This document shows positions 1 to 9,667 of a stretch of 64,000 bases of DNA, in pieces. The notes under the pieces are model-generated. The model was not told the DNA's origin. It was given only the letters and a program-made list of their open reading frames with translations, and did no database searches. A program made the translations under genes and the position numbers. This stretch comes from an uncultured Candidatus Rokubacteria bacterium (GTDB taxonomy: Bacteria > Methylomirabilota > Methylomirabilia > Rokubacteriales > DASRDR01), in the NCBI GenBank assembly GCA_963826115.1, contig CAWGVS010000005.1, positions 2,016,001 to 2,080,000 on the forward strand. Reading direction: 5' to 3'. How positions within the stretch are numbered: position 1 is the stretch's first letter; every line of letters begins with the position of its first letter.

Positions 1-1
1 T

Positions 2-1360
2 GCCCATTGGGGTGTCGCCATGGCGGCCCTCGAGAATCCCTTCACCTGGCCCCCGAACGCGAAGATGCTGACCGACGGTGCCGCCGCCGTGGGGCGGGCG
101 CGGGCGGCGGGGGCGAAGAGCCAGCGCGAGCTCGATTACATCGCCGCGATCGAGGTCTTCTACAAGGACTACGACAAGGTCGAGCATCGACCCCGCGCGG
201 TGGCCTACGAGAAGGCGATGGAGCAGCTCTCGGCGCGGTACCCGGACGACCGCGAGGCGGCGATCTTCTACGCCCTCGCTCTCAACGCGACCGCGCAGGT
301 GACCGACAAGACCTACGCCCAGCAGCTCAAGGCGGCGGGGATTCTCGAGGCGGCGTTCCGAGAGCAGCCCGATCACCCGGGCGTCGCGCACTACTTGATC
401 CACAGCTACGACTACCCGGCGATCGCGGACAAGGGGCTCGGAGCGGCCCGGCGCTACGCGACGATCGCTCCCTCGGCGTCGCACGCGCAGCACATGCCCT
501 CCCACATCTTCACCCGGCGCGGGCTCTGGGAAGATTCGATCAAGTCGAACATGGTCTCGGCGACCGTTTCCGACAACGACTTCGACCGCTACCACGCGTG
601 GGACTACCTCGCCTACGGCTACCTCCAGCTCGGGCAGGACCGAGCGGCCCGCGGCGTGCTCGACCAGATTCTCTCGATCGAGAAGCCGAACGTCACAAAC
701 TTCCCGGTGGCCTTCGCGCTGGCAGCGATCCCGTCGCGCTACGCCCTCGAGCGGGGGCTGTGGGCGGACGCCGCGTCACTGTCCCTGCGCCCGGCGGACT
801 TCCCGTGGGCGCGATTCCCGCAGAGCGAGGCGATCCTCATCTTCGGCCGAGGGCTCGGGGCGGCGCGGAGCGGGAATCTCGTCCAGGCGAAGGAGGACCA
901 GGCACGGCTCGCGGCGCTCCGTGATGCCTTGCTGGCGGCAAAGGTCGGCTACTGGGCCGACCAGGTCGACATCCAGCGACTCTTGGTGGCCGGCTGGATC
1001 GCCCGGGCGGAGGGTCGCAACGACGACGCGCTGCAACTCCTCCGCGCGGCGGCGGACCGGGAAGACGCCACGGAAAAGCATCCCGTGACGCCGGGGCCGA
1101 TCGTGCCCGCGCGGGAGCTCCTCGGCGAGCTCCTCCTCGACCTCGGCCGGCCGGCCGAGGCCCTGCGCGAGTTCGAGGCGTCCCAGCAGCGAGAACCGAA
1201 CCGTCTCCGAGCCTACTACGGCGCGGCACGCGCCGCGGAGCTGTCGGGCGACACCGCGAAGGCCAAGCTCCAGTACGGCCAGCTGGTGACGCTCGCCGCG
1301 CAGGCGGACAGCGAGCGGCCGGAGGTCACGCGAGCCAAGGCGTTCCTCGCGAAGCCCTAG
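2..1360 (+). CDS. TPR/helical-repeat protein (5'-partial)
   Basis: Frame is open from position 2 (AHWGVAM...). Ala/Leu-rich helical repeats; motifs HPGVAHYLIHSYD and HAQHMPSHIF are typical of a widespread TPR-containing family. Confidence 0.75.
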   Translation, partial: AHWGVAMAALENPFTWPPNAKMLTDGAAAVGRARAAGAKSQRELDYIAAIEVFYKDYDKVEHRPRAVAYEKAMEQLSARYPDDREAAIFYALALNATAQVTDKTYAQQLKAAGILEAAFREQPDHPGVAHYLIHSYDYPAIADKGLGAARRYATIAPSASHAQHMPSHIFTRRGLWEDSIKSNMVSATVSDNDFDRYHAWDYLAYGYLQLGQDRAARGVLDQILSIEKPNVTNFPVAFALAAIPSRYALERGLWADAASLSLRPADFPWARFPQSEAILIFGRGLGAARSGNLVQAKEDQARLAALRDALLAAKVGYWADQVDIQRLLVAGWIARAEGRNDDALQLLRAAADREDATEKHPVTPGPIVPARELLGELLLDLGRPAEALREFEASQQREPNRLRAYYGAARAAELSGDTAKAKLQYGQLVTLAAQADSERPEVTRAKAFLAKP

Positions 1361-1418
1361 GGAGCCGGAAGGCCGGCGAGCCGGCACCTGCGGTCAGGCG
1401 CCGGGCGGAGAGCTGATG

Positions 1419-1456
1419 CGACGACGGCGCAGGGCATGGACCCTGCGCCGTCGTCG
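1419..1456. terminator. Perfect 16-bp hairpin between convergent genes
   Basis: CGACGACGGCGCAGGG / CCCTGCGCCGTCGTCG with a 6-nt loop; no U-tract. Confidence 0.55.
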
Positions 1457-1522
1457 TCTACCTGACCAGCGCGGACACGCCCCGAAGGGCTGCGCCGCGG
1501 TCACGACCAGTGGTCGTGGACG

Positions 1523-1894
1523 CTACCAGCGGGGCGTGCGGCGCGGACCGCCGCCATAACCGCCGGCACCGCCACCACCGAACCCGCCGCCCGACCGCGA
1601 GCCACCCGGACGCCCGCCGCCGGGACGCCCGCCGCCGCCGCCAGCTCCCTGGGGGTTCGCGACGTTTACCGTGAGGCGCCGCCCTTCGAAGGGCTTGTCG
1701 TTCAGCTTCGAGATGGCAGCCTGACCATCGGCCTCGGTCGCCATTTCGACGAACCCGAAGCCGCGAGACTGGCCGGTCGCCCGGTCGGTAATCACCGTGG
1801 CGGATTCGACCGTCCCGCACTGGGCGAAGTACTCCCGAAGACTCTCGGACGTGGTGGAATAGGACAGGCCGCCGACGAACAGCTTGGTCGCCAC
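1523..1894 (-). CDS. RRM (RNP-1) RNA-binding protein with Gly-rich tail
   Basis: KLFVGGL (RNP2) and RGFGFVEM (RNP1); GTG start preceded by AAGGAGG. Confidence 0.92.
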   Translation of the reverse strand: MATKLFVGGLSYSTTSESLREYFAQCGTVESATVITDRATGQSRGFGFVEMATEADGQAAISKLNDKPFEGRRLTVNVANPQGAGGGGGRPGGGRPGGSRSGGGFGGGGAGGYGGGPRRTPRW

Positions 1895-2104
1895 AGGGGC
1901 GCCTCCTTCGGAGCCCCGGGCCCTATGGATGCCCGGAGCCATCACTCTTCCGCACTTCTCTCTGCGCCCCTGACATGCGGAAGAGTGGCCTATCGGAGGC
2001 GAGGTCCACGCCCGAATGGCGCGGCACGTCAGAACCAGTCTAGCACGGAGCAATCCCCTCTCGGTGGGGCGGATGAAAGGGGGGCGGCGGCCAGTCCGAG
2101 CCGC

Positions 2105-3463
2105 TCAGATTGGGTCGGCGGGGGCCATCGTGAATCCGATCGCCTCTTCGGCCCAGCGGGCCGCGGCCAGGAGCCGCGCCTCCTCGAATGACCCCCCGAT
2201 GAGTTGAGTGCCCAGCGGAAGCCCGTCGGACGCGAGGCCGGTCGGCAGTGACACCGTGGGTACCCCAAGCCCCGTCCAGGGGCCATTGAATGCGGCGTCG
2301 CCGGTCGTTCCTCGGTCGGGAGCCGGTCCCAGGGCCGACGGCATGACGAGTGCGTCGTAGCGGGCAAGGAGCGGGGCCAGATCCTGGCGGGCCTGCCGCC
2401 GGATCCGCTGGGCACGGAGGTAGACGTCGGCCGGAATGCACTGCCCGAGCTCGATTCCGGCGCGAATTCGGGGACGATAGGCGTCTGCATGCCTTCGGTG
2501 CAAGTCCGCATGCGCCGCGCCGGCTTCTGCTCGAGAGACCGTGATGACGGCCGAGTAGAGTGCGCCGACGAGCGACGGGAGCCGAACGGGCTCCACGTGC
2601 GCCCCGCGCGCTTCGAGCCTCCGCGCGACCTCGCCCAGATGGGCCCGGGCCTCCGGCGTCGCGCGCGCCAGGAAGGGCTCCCCGATCAGGCCGAAGCGCG
2701 GAGAACGCGCCGGCGGGGCGGCCACGAGCGCCGCCACGTCGGGAGGCGGCGCGATCGCCGAGCCAGGGTCCGCGGGATCGTGTCCGGCAACGACCGACAT
2801 GACCAGGGCGGCGTCCGCCACCGAGCGCGCGAAGACGCCCACGTGGTCGAGCGACCACGCGAGCGGGACGACGCCGCGCCGGCTCACGCGGCCGTACGTC
2901 GGCTTCAACCCGACCACACCGCAGAAGGCCGCAGGCCTCAGCACGGAGCCGACGGTCTGGGACCCGAGAGCCGCGGGAACCATCCGGGCCGCAACCGCGG
3001 CGGCCGAACCCGCGGACGAGCCACCGGGTGTCCGGTCCGCGTGCCACGGATTCCGCGTCACCGCGGGATCGCTGAACGCGAACTCGGTCGTCTGGAGCTT
3101 GCCCAGGATCACGGCGCCGGCCGCCCGGAGGCGCGCCACGCACGGCGCGTCCTCGCGGGGAGCGGTGTCGGCGAAGCCGCGAGCCCCCGCAGTCGTCTTG
3201 AGCCCGGCCGCGTGGATGATGTCCTTCAGGCCCACGGGGACGCCGTGGAGCGGGCCGCGCAGCCGACCCTCTCGCGCCTCGACGTCCAGGCGCCGGGCGG
3301 TCTCGAGGGCACCCGATCGATCGACCGCGACCCAGGCCTGGACCTGCTCCTCGCAGACGTCGATGCGGCCCAGGCAGGCCTCGACCAGATCGACGGCCGA
3401 CAGCCGGCCCTGGCGGATCGCCGCCGCGGCGTCGACGACCGACAGCTCGAAGGGCGCCGTCAT
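2105..3463 (-). CDS. Amidase-signature family amidase
   Basis: GVPVGLKD, TPGGSSAGSAAAV and GSQTVGSVLRPA (Lys/cis-Ser/Ser triad). Confidence 0.9.
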   Translation of the reverse strand: MTAPFELSVVDAAAAIRQGRLSAVDLVEACLGRIDVCEEQVQAWVAVDRSGALETARRLDVEAREGRLRGPLHGVPVGLKDIIHAAGLKTTAGARGFADTAPREDAPCVARLRAAGAVILGKLQTTEFAFSDPAVTRNPWHADRTPGGSSAGSAAAVAARMVPAALGSQTVGSVLRPAAFCGVVGLKPTYGRVSRRGVVPLAWSLDHVGVFARSVADAALVMSVVAGHDPADPGSAIAPPPDVAALVAAPPARSPRFGLIGEPFLARATPEARAHLGEVARRLEARGAHVEPVRLPSLVGALYSAVITVSRAEAGAAHADLHRRHADAYRPRIRAGIELGQCIPADVYLRAQRIRRQARQDLAPLLARYDALVMPSALGPAPDRGTTGDAAFNGPWTGLGVPTVSLPTGLASDGLPLGTQLIGGSFEEARLLAAARWAEEAIGFTMAPADPI

Positions 3464-3654
3464 CGGCCATCTCCCTCGAGGAGGAAGAACCCGGGCTCGG
3501 TCTCGGCGGGAAGCTCGGCCGCGGCGACCTCGGCCAGATCCGACGCCAGCGCCTCGATCTCGCGGCCGAGCGCCGATGCGCGGCCAGGACCGAACCGCCG
3601 AGTCACCTCCGCGGTGAGAAGCAGCCGCATCGCCTCCCGTCCATGCTCGTGCAT
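3460..3654 (-). CDS. Small protein (64 aa) translationally coupled to the amidase; possible GatC/AtzG-like partner
   Basis: GGAGG RBS, ATG at 3654, ATGA overlap with the amidase start; ends LPAETEPGFFL. Confidence 0.6.
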   Translation of the reverse strand: MHEHGREAMRLLLTAEVTRRFGPGRASALGREIEALASDLAEVAAAELPAETEPGFFLLEGDGR

Positions 3655-3792
3655 TCGCTGGCCTCCGGAGGAATGGGTTCGCCGCCTCGCGGCTCTCTCG
3701 CTATCACCGGTCGTGGAGGGCGTCAAGGCGGGTCGCGGTTGACAGGGTACGGAAGGCTCGGCGACGATGCCTCCACACTCCGAGGAGGATCG

Positions 3793-5352
3793 ATGACCGA
3801 GCGATTCGACGTGGTCGTGGTCGGCGGTGGGCACAATGGCCTGGTTGCCGCCACCTACCTCGCCCGCGGCGGGCTGAAGGTACTGGTGCTGGAGCGCCGG
3901 CCGATCGTCGGCGGAGCCTGCGTGACCGAGGAGCTGTTCCCGGGCTACCGGCTCTCGTCCTGCTCGTACATCTGTCACCTGCTCCAGGAGCAGGTGATCC
4001 GGGACCTCGACCTCCCGCGGCACGGCTTCAAGGTATTCCCGCTCGAGCCGGCTCGCTTCCACCCGTTCCCGGACGGGCGCCACCTCGTCGTGTGGGAGGA
4101 CGTCGGCCGCACGGCGGCGGAGATCGAGCGCTACTCGAAGCGGGACGCCGCGGCCTATCCACGCTGGATCGCGCTCTGGGAGCGGGCGGCGGCTCTGCTC
4201 CACCCCTACTTCCTCGCTCCGGCGCCCACATATGCGGAGCTGGCGGCTCGGGTCCAGGGCACGCCCGACGAGGAGATCTTCGAGACGCTCCTGACCCGGC
4301 CCATGTGGGACCTCGCCCACGAGTACTTCGAGTCGGACGTGATGCGCGCCCATGCCTTGAACGCGCAGGACCTGGGCGACCCGCGGGCGCCCGGCAGCGC
4401 GCTCATCTACGCCTACATCCGGGTGAACCTTCGCTCGGCGCCCGACACGGTGGGGATCGTCAAGGGCGGCATGGGCGCCATCACCCAGGCCATGGCGGGC
4501 GCGGCCAGGGAGGCCGGGGTCACGATCCGGACCGGTGTCGAGGTCGCCCGGGTCGACGTGCGGAACGGCCGCGCGGCCGGGGTCGTCCTCGCCGACGGCG
4601 GGCACGTCGCGGCGGACGCCGTCGTCTCGAACGCCGATCCGAAGCGCACGTTCCTCCGGCTGGTCCCCCCGGACGCGCTCCCCGCCGACTTTCGGGGGCA
4701 GATTGCCGCCCTCTCGACCCGGGCGGCGTACTTCAAGTTCCATGCGGCGCTCAGCGAGCTGCCCGACTTCTCCGCCTACCTCGGACCCGGGTTCGATCCC
4801 CGGTACCTGGCACAGGTGAAGATCTGCCCGTCGGTGGAAGGATTCCTCGCCGCCTGGCAGGACGCCCAGGCAGGCCGGCTGCCTCGCGCCCCGCTGATGG
4901 AAGTGCAGATCCCGACGGTGTACGACGATTCGATGGCGCCGCCCGGCCACCACGTCGTCTCCATCTGGGCGCTCTGGGCGCCGGTGCGTCCGGCCGAAGG
5001 CACCTGGGACACGCGCCGCAAGGAGATGGGCGAGCGGATGATCGATCTGCTCACGGAGTACGCGCCCAACTTCCGCCGAGCGCTCGTGGACTGGATGCTT
5101 CTCACCCCGCCGGACATCGAGGCGCGGGTCGGTCTCACGGACGGGAACATCCGCCATCTCGACCTGGTGCCCGCGCAGATGCTCGGCCGCCGCCCCCTGC
5201 CCGGCTGGGCCCACTACCGCACCCCGATCACCGGCCTCTACCTGTGCGGCGCGGGCACCCACCCGGGAGGCGAGGTCACCGGTGCCCCGGGGCACAACGC
5301 CGCGCGCGCGATCCTCAAGGACCTGCTGAGGGACGTGGCCGCTGGCGACTGA
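3793..5352 (+). CDS. Phytoene desaturase-like NAD(P)/FAD oxidoreductase
   Basis: VVVGGGHNGL dinucleotide motif, GGMGAIT, LYLCGAGTHPGGEVTG; GAGGAGG RBS. Confidence 0.88.
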   Translation: MTERFDVVVVGGGHNGLVAATYLARGGLKVLVLERRPIVGGACVTEELFPGYRLSSCSYICHLLQEQVIRDLDLPRHGFKVFPLEPARFHPFPDGRHLVVWEDVGRTAAEIERYSKRDAAAYPRWIALWERAAALLHPYFLAPAPTYAELAARVQGTPDEEIFETLLTRPMWDLAHEYFESDVMRAHALNAQDLGDPRAPGSALIYAYIRVNLRSAPDTVGIVKGGMGAITQAMAGAAREAGVTIRTGVEVARVDVRNGRAAGVVLADGGHVAADAVVSNADPKRTFLRLVPPDALPADFRGQIAALSTRAAYFKFHAALSELPDFSAYLGPGFDPRYLAQVKICPSVEGFLAAWQDAQAGRLPRAPLMEVQIPTVYDDSMAPPGHHVVSIWALWAPVRPAEGTWDTRRKEMGERMIDLLTEYAPNFRRALVDWMLLTPPDIEARVGLTDGNIRHLDLVPAQMLGRRPLPGWAHYRTPITGLYLCGAGTHPGGEVTGAPGHNAARAILKDLLRDVAAGD

Positions 5353-5400
5353 CCCGCGCGGCGGCCGGGACCGCCCGCCGCCGAGCCGCCGTCCGTCGGG

Positions 5401-7767
5401 TCAGCCCGTCTCGCCCGAGCGGCGCCGGGACCTGGCGTAGAGGAAGGACGCGATCAGCAGGGCCGCGCCGAGTATCAGGACCGACAGGATGCGGTAGAGC
5501 GCGTCGAGGCCCGCCAGATCGACGGTGAGCACCTTCAGCACCGTGACGCCGAAGAGCAGGATCGCGCCGATCCTGAGCGGCACCAGGTCGCGCCAGAGTC
5601 CCCAGGCCATCGCCGTGAAGGCGTACACCGCCCACAGCACCGAGAGCGCGGCGCTGCGGAGCTTCGCGGGATCGAAGCGGGTCTCGGGCAAGGGCACCAG
5701 CACGACCTCGACGCTCAGGTTCCAGAGAAGCAGGAGGGCCGCCCCGATCGAGCCGACCGCGGCCAGCCGCTGGCGGGTGCGATGCCCCAGGTACGACAAG
5801 GTCTCGGCCACCTGGCCGTAGAGCCAGATGAGCACCACGAGGAGACAGCCGGCCAGGAAGCGCGGGTTGCCGATCGCCGGCCGGAGGGAGGGCTGGATCC
5901 GGGCCCAGCGATCCGTGCCGCCGAGGGCTTCTCCGACGAGCGCGAGCAGCAGGAGGGTCGCCACGCCGAGCAGGACGCGCGTCCCGTCACCGCGAGCCAG
6001 GGCCAGCAGCACCATCGTGGCCAGCATCCAGACGACGGACTTCACCACGGGGACGTACGGCGGCGGGATGGCGAGCGTGCGGAACTGGCCGAGCTCCACG
6101 GTCAGGAGAAGGGCCGCGCTCCCGACCGAGACCAGGAGCAGGACCGGGTGCGCGAAGCGCTCCCACCGACCGAGGGTCGCGGCACTGCGCTCGCGCGCCC
6201 GGTAGGCCAGTGCGCCGATCACCGCGGTCGCCACGACGGCGAGGGTGGCCGGCAGCGCCGGGTGCGCGATCAGGAATGTCCCCGCCCCGCCGGCATTCTC
6301 CCCGAGCGCCTCGAACCACCGCCCCCACGCGAGGACGCTGATCGCGAGACCACCCGCGCGTAGCCCCGGCGCGTCGAGGGCAAAGCCGCCCAGCAGGAGC
6401 ACCAACCCCTCCACGCACCAGGCGATCACCAGGTCGTGCCGCCCGAGGGTCACCGCGGGCGCCAGCATCAGGAAGGCCAGCGCGAGCGCGCGGTTGAGCA
6501 GCGCGACACGCGGGCCACCACCCGCGCTCCGGCTCGCCACCCGCGCCGCCACGAGGTAGGCCCCCGCAAGCGCCAGCGCCAGAAGGGCCAGGCGACGCCC
6601 CGACGGGTCGTCCAGCACGCGGCGCGCGGCCGCGAAGTAGAGCGCCGGCGCTCCGAGAATGACCAGCGCCCGACCGAGCCGGAGGGCGCCCGCGGAGCCC
6701 CTGCTCGCGGGCCCGGCGAGCGACCAGGCGGCGAAGGCGAGGAAGAACCCCGTCGCCCAGCCAAGACCGACGGGGAGTCGAGCGGTCTGGTACCAGCGGT
6801 CGAGCCAGCTCCAATAGAGGAACTGTGTGCCCGCGAACGCGAGCAGCCCGAGGCCCAGCCACCCTCGTCGGGACGCAACGACGAGCACACCCAGATCGAG
6901 AAGTGCGAGGTACGTGAAGAGCGCCGCGGCGGCGTCGTTGTCAGTGTTGAGGATGATCGGCGTCAGGAGCCCGCCCAGGGTCGCGAGAACCGCGAGGGCG
7001 CGGGAGTCCAGGCGGAGCGCCGTCGCGAAGCCCACGGCGGTCACGAGGGCCATGGCCACGAAGGCAGCCGGGGCCCCCACGAGCGCGTAGAAGGCGTGGG
7101 CGGCGTAGAGAGAGAGGTAGCTGACCCCGATCCCGACCGCCACGAGACTCTGGGCCGGCACACGGTAGGTCGCGCCACCGGCAAGTCTGACGCCGCCGGC
7201 CGTCATCGCGACGCCTGCCACGAGCCCCGTCAGAACGCGACCTCTTGGCCCGATCCACTCCTGATCGAAGGCGTGCTTGAGGAAGAAGCCCACGCCAAGG
7301 AAGAAGAGGATCGCTCCGACGCGCGAGAGCCAGGTGCCGCCGAGCCGACCCTCCCACTGACCCACGCCGGCAACGGGCGCTGGCTCCGGCGCGGGCGATG
7401 GAGCGGGAGGCGCCGGGGCGGCCGGCGCACCGTCCGTCCCGAGGTCTCCCGCCACGGCTTCCGGAGCCGGGATCCCGGCGCCCACTTCGGCCGGGCCGGC
7501 TTCGAGGCCGGGGAGAGTCTCCTGCGCGTCGAGAACGGGCGATGTCGACAGGAGAGGCTCACCCGGTGCGACCGCGCCGACCACCGGCGGAACAGAGCCG
7601 GCATGCGACGCCGCCGGGCGCTGCTCCAGGTCGGCCAGGCGAGCCTCCAGCCGGCGGACCCGGCTCCTCAAGCTCAGGAGCACGAGAATGAGGACGAGAA
7701 CGATGATCGGGGTCGCGAAGAAGAGAAGGCCGAGCGCGACCAGCGGCACGACCGGCAGCCCAGTCAT
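5401..7767 (-). CDS. DUF2339-type multi-pass membrane protein
   Basis: N-terminal TM helix plus Pro-rich linker, WEGRLGGTWLSRVG, GVGFFLKHAF, C-terminal KVLTVDL..L..LYRILS. Confidence 0.8.
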   Translation of the reverse strand: MTGLPVVPLVALGLLFFATPIIVLVLILVLLSLRSRVRRLEARLADLEQRPAASHAGSVPPVVGAVAPGEPLLSTSPVLDAQETLPGLEAGPAEVGAGIPAPEAVAGDLGTDGAPAAPAPPAPSPAPEPAPVAGVGQWEGRLGGTWLSRVGAILFFLGVGFFLKHAFDQEWIGPRGRVLTGLVAGVAMTAGGVRLAGGATYRVPAQSLVAVGIGVSYLSLYAAHAFYALVGAPAAFVAMALVTAVGFATALRLDSRALAVLATLGGLLTPIILNTDNDAAAALFTYLALLDLGVLVVASRRGWLGLGLLAFAGTQFLYWSWLDRWYQTARLPVGLGWATGFFLAFAAWSLAGPASRGSAGALRLGRALVILGAPALYFAAARRVLDDPSGRRLALLALALAGAYLVAARVASRSAGGGPRVALLNRALALAFLMLAPAVTLGRHDLVIAWCVEGLVLLLGGFALDAPGLRAGGLAISVLAWGRWFEALGENAGGAGTFLIAHPALPATLAVVATAVIGALAYRARERSAATLGRWERFAHPVLLLVSVGSAALLLTVELGQFRTLAIPPPYVPVVKSVVWMLATMVLLALARGDGTRVLLGVATLLLLALVGEALGGTDRWARIQPSLRPAIGNPRFLAGCLLVVLIWLYGQVAETLSYLGHRTRQRLAAVGSIGAALLLLWNLSVEVVLVPLPETRFDPAKLRSAALSVLWAVYAFTAMAWGLWRDLVPLRIGAILLFGVTVLKVLTVDLAGLDALYRILSVLILGAALLIASFLYARSRRRSGETG

Positions 7768-8082
7768 ATCTTGGCTGTCATCATAGCCCCGGAACGGCAG
7801 CGTGCCACGAAGCCTCGAACTTCAGGCCGGACCGGGGGCGGGCTGCGACGGCGGCGCCGTTCCTGGGCGGCGCGGCCACGCCTTCGGCCGGCACCGGCGT
7901 GGTACCGAGGCTGGCGCCCGCGCGCCGCCATCGCCTAGTCCGCGATCACACCTGAACGCGAGACGGCGGCCCGCATTGCCAACGACACGCTTGGAAGGCC
8001 CACAATTCGCGGCCGGGATTCTCGGTGGCGTCGCGCGGAGCAGGGGCGTCGAGCGGCGAGGGGGCGATGACGTCCGGATCGG

Positions 8083-8367
8083 TCACGACATGCGGTCGCC
8101 ATCGGGCGGGCGGGCGCTTTCGAGAGGCGTCGCGCCCGAGGGCTCCGGCTCGAGCAGCCGATCATCAGGGTGCTTGTGGGCGCCGCACCAGCGCGACGCA
8201 CGCATGAACTGCAGCGTCGCATTGAGTCCCCCGCGCCCGGCTTCGGCCCGGTACTCCGGATTCCCGTAGCGCCCCTCGCTGGGGCACCGTCCCGTCCCGC
8301 TGAACTTGCCGTGCCAGCAGCGCTCCACCGTGCGATGCTCCTCCGACGATGGCGTCTCCCTCGACAA
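8083..8367 (-). CDS. Hypothetical small protein with Cys/His residues
   Basis: 94-aa ORF with TTG start; CWH...C...WC.AH pattern; lies in otherwise empty intergenic space. Confidence 0.4.
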   Translation of the reverse strand: MSRETPSSEEHRTVERCWHGKFSGTGRCPSEGRYGNPEYRAEAGRGGLNATLQFMRASRWCGAHKHPDDRLLEPEPSGATPLESARPPDGDRMS

Positions 8368-8544
8368 GGCGCCACGCCTCTCGTTCGCGCACTACAATGA
8401 GAGTGGGCGTGGAGGATCCCGCGCTTCCGGCTCGGCAGGTGCGACGGCCCGGGGCCAGTCAGGCTTACCTATCGGTGAACGCCGTGACGTCGGCTGAGGG
8501 TGCTCCCCCAGTGCCTCCAGCGGCACCAGGTTGCCCGACGACAC

Positions 8545-8606
8545 ACGATAGGACCGCGGGCGCGCGTTGTCTTGACATTGCGCGACATTCTCTTGACACT
8601 TGCGCC
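8545..8606 (-). promoter_or_regulatory. Tandem direct repeat (GCG...TGTCAAG x2, 21-bp period) with a -10-like TATCGT; probable AraC-family binding site
   Basis: CTTGACA at 8571-8577 and 8592-8598, immediately upstream of and divergent from the AraC gene. Confidence 0.55.
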
Positions 8607-8653
8607 GCTCCGGCGGCCGAGCAGGGAGGATTGGATCCGTGCGCAGGAGACCG

Positions 8654-9652
8654 ATGATCTCTCTGAGCGCCGCGACCGGCCTGCTCGAGGCGATCGAGGG
8701 CGCCGGAGCGAATCCCGACCAGGTTCTGCGTCTGGTCGGGCTGGATCGCGCGGCGATGTCCAGACCGGACGGGTTCATCGCCTGCTCCGACTTCGCTCGG
8801 ATCCTCACGGAGGCGGCCCGCGCGACGCGCGACGACTGCTTTGGCCTGCACTTCGGCGAGCGCTACAACCCCAGGGACGTCGGGCCGGTCGCGTACGTCA
8901 CGACGAACTCGCCCACGATGGGGATCGGCCTCCAGAACGCGGTGCGCTACATGAGAGTTCACAACGAAGCCGTCAAGGTGTCGTTCGACGTCGAGGGGAG
9001 GTTCGCGTACGCGCGCCACGTGCTGGTCGACCCGGCGATCCAGGCGCCACGTCAGCACAACGAGTACAGCATGGCCGTGGGCTTGAGCTTGATCCGCCTG
9101 ATGATGGGAAGCCGCTGGGTCCCGGTCGAGGTGCACTTCGCTCACGAGGCCCCGCCGCAGGATTCGGAGCAGGTCAGGGTCTTCGGCGCGCCGATCTCAT
9201 TCGGCCACGCGGCGAACGCCTTCGTCATGGAGGGAGAGCTCCTCGATCGGCAGGTGCCCGCCGCCGACCCGCGGTTGTATCCGATCCTGAGGCGCTACCT
9301 CGACCAGGTTCTGAGCGAGATGCCGCAGGAGGACGACCTGCTCGCCTCGGTGCGGCGGATGGTCGGGGAATCGATGAGGAACGGCGACCCGAAGCTCGCG
9401 CACGTCGCCGGCAGGATCGCGGTCGGCCCGCGCACGCTGCAGAGACGACTGAACGACTCCGACGTCGACTTCAAGACGCTGGTGGCCGACACGCGCCGGC
9501 GGTTCGCGCTCAACTACCTGCGGGACGGCAGGCACACGCTCGCCGAGATCGCCTATCTCCTGGGGTACTCGGAAGTCAGCGCGTTCAACCGCGCCTTCAG
9601 ACGGTGGACCGGCTCCACGCCCTCGGACTACCGCCGGCGGGCGTCCCGGTAG
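8654..9652 (+). CDS. AraC-family transcriptional regulator (Arabinose_bd_2 N-terminal type)
   Basis: C-terminal RTLQRRL...IAYLLGYSEVSAFNRAFRRWTG double HTH. Confidence 0.92.
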   Translation: MISLSAATGLLEAIEGAGANPDQVLRLVGLDRAAMSRPDGFIACSDFARILTEAARATRDDCFGLHFGERYNPRDVGPVAYVTTNSPTMGIGLQNAVRYMRVHNEAVKVSFDVEGRFAYARHVLVDPAIQAPRQHNEYSMAVGLSLIRLMMGSRWVPVEVHFAHEAPPQDSEQVRVFGAPISFGHAANAFVMEGELLDRQVPAADPRLYPILRRYLDQVLSEMPQEDDLLASVRRMVGESMRNGDPKLAHVAGRIAVGPRTLQRRLNDSDVDFKTLVADTRRRFALNYLRDGRHTLAEIAYLLGYSEVSAFNRAFRRWTGSTPSDYRRRASR

Positions 9653-9667
9653 TCCGGGATCTGCCTC

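Noticed and set aside
1540-1650. GCC/CCG-rich short tandem repeats
   Set aside because: They simply encode the Gly-rich RRM tail.
2105-3463. Calling the amidase gatA
   Set aside because: No gatB nearby and the signature (GSQTVGS) differs from GatA GSDTGGS; kept as a generic amidase.
3460-5295. Many long alternative-frame or antisense ORFs (e.g. 3460-5295, 21021-22931, 28349-30580, 35725-37908, and the 9977 extension of the SBP)
   Set aside because: Shadow ORFs expected in very GC-rich DNA; Arg/Pro/Gly-rich with no motifs, and they overlap well-supported genes.
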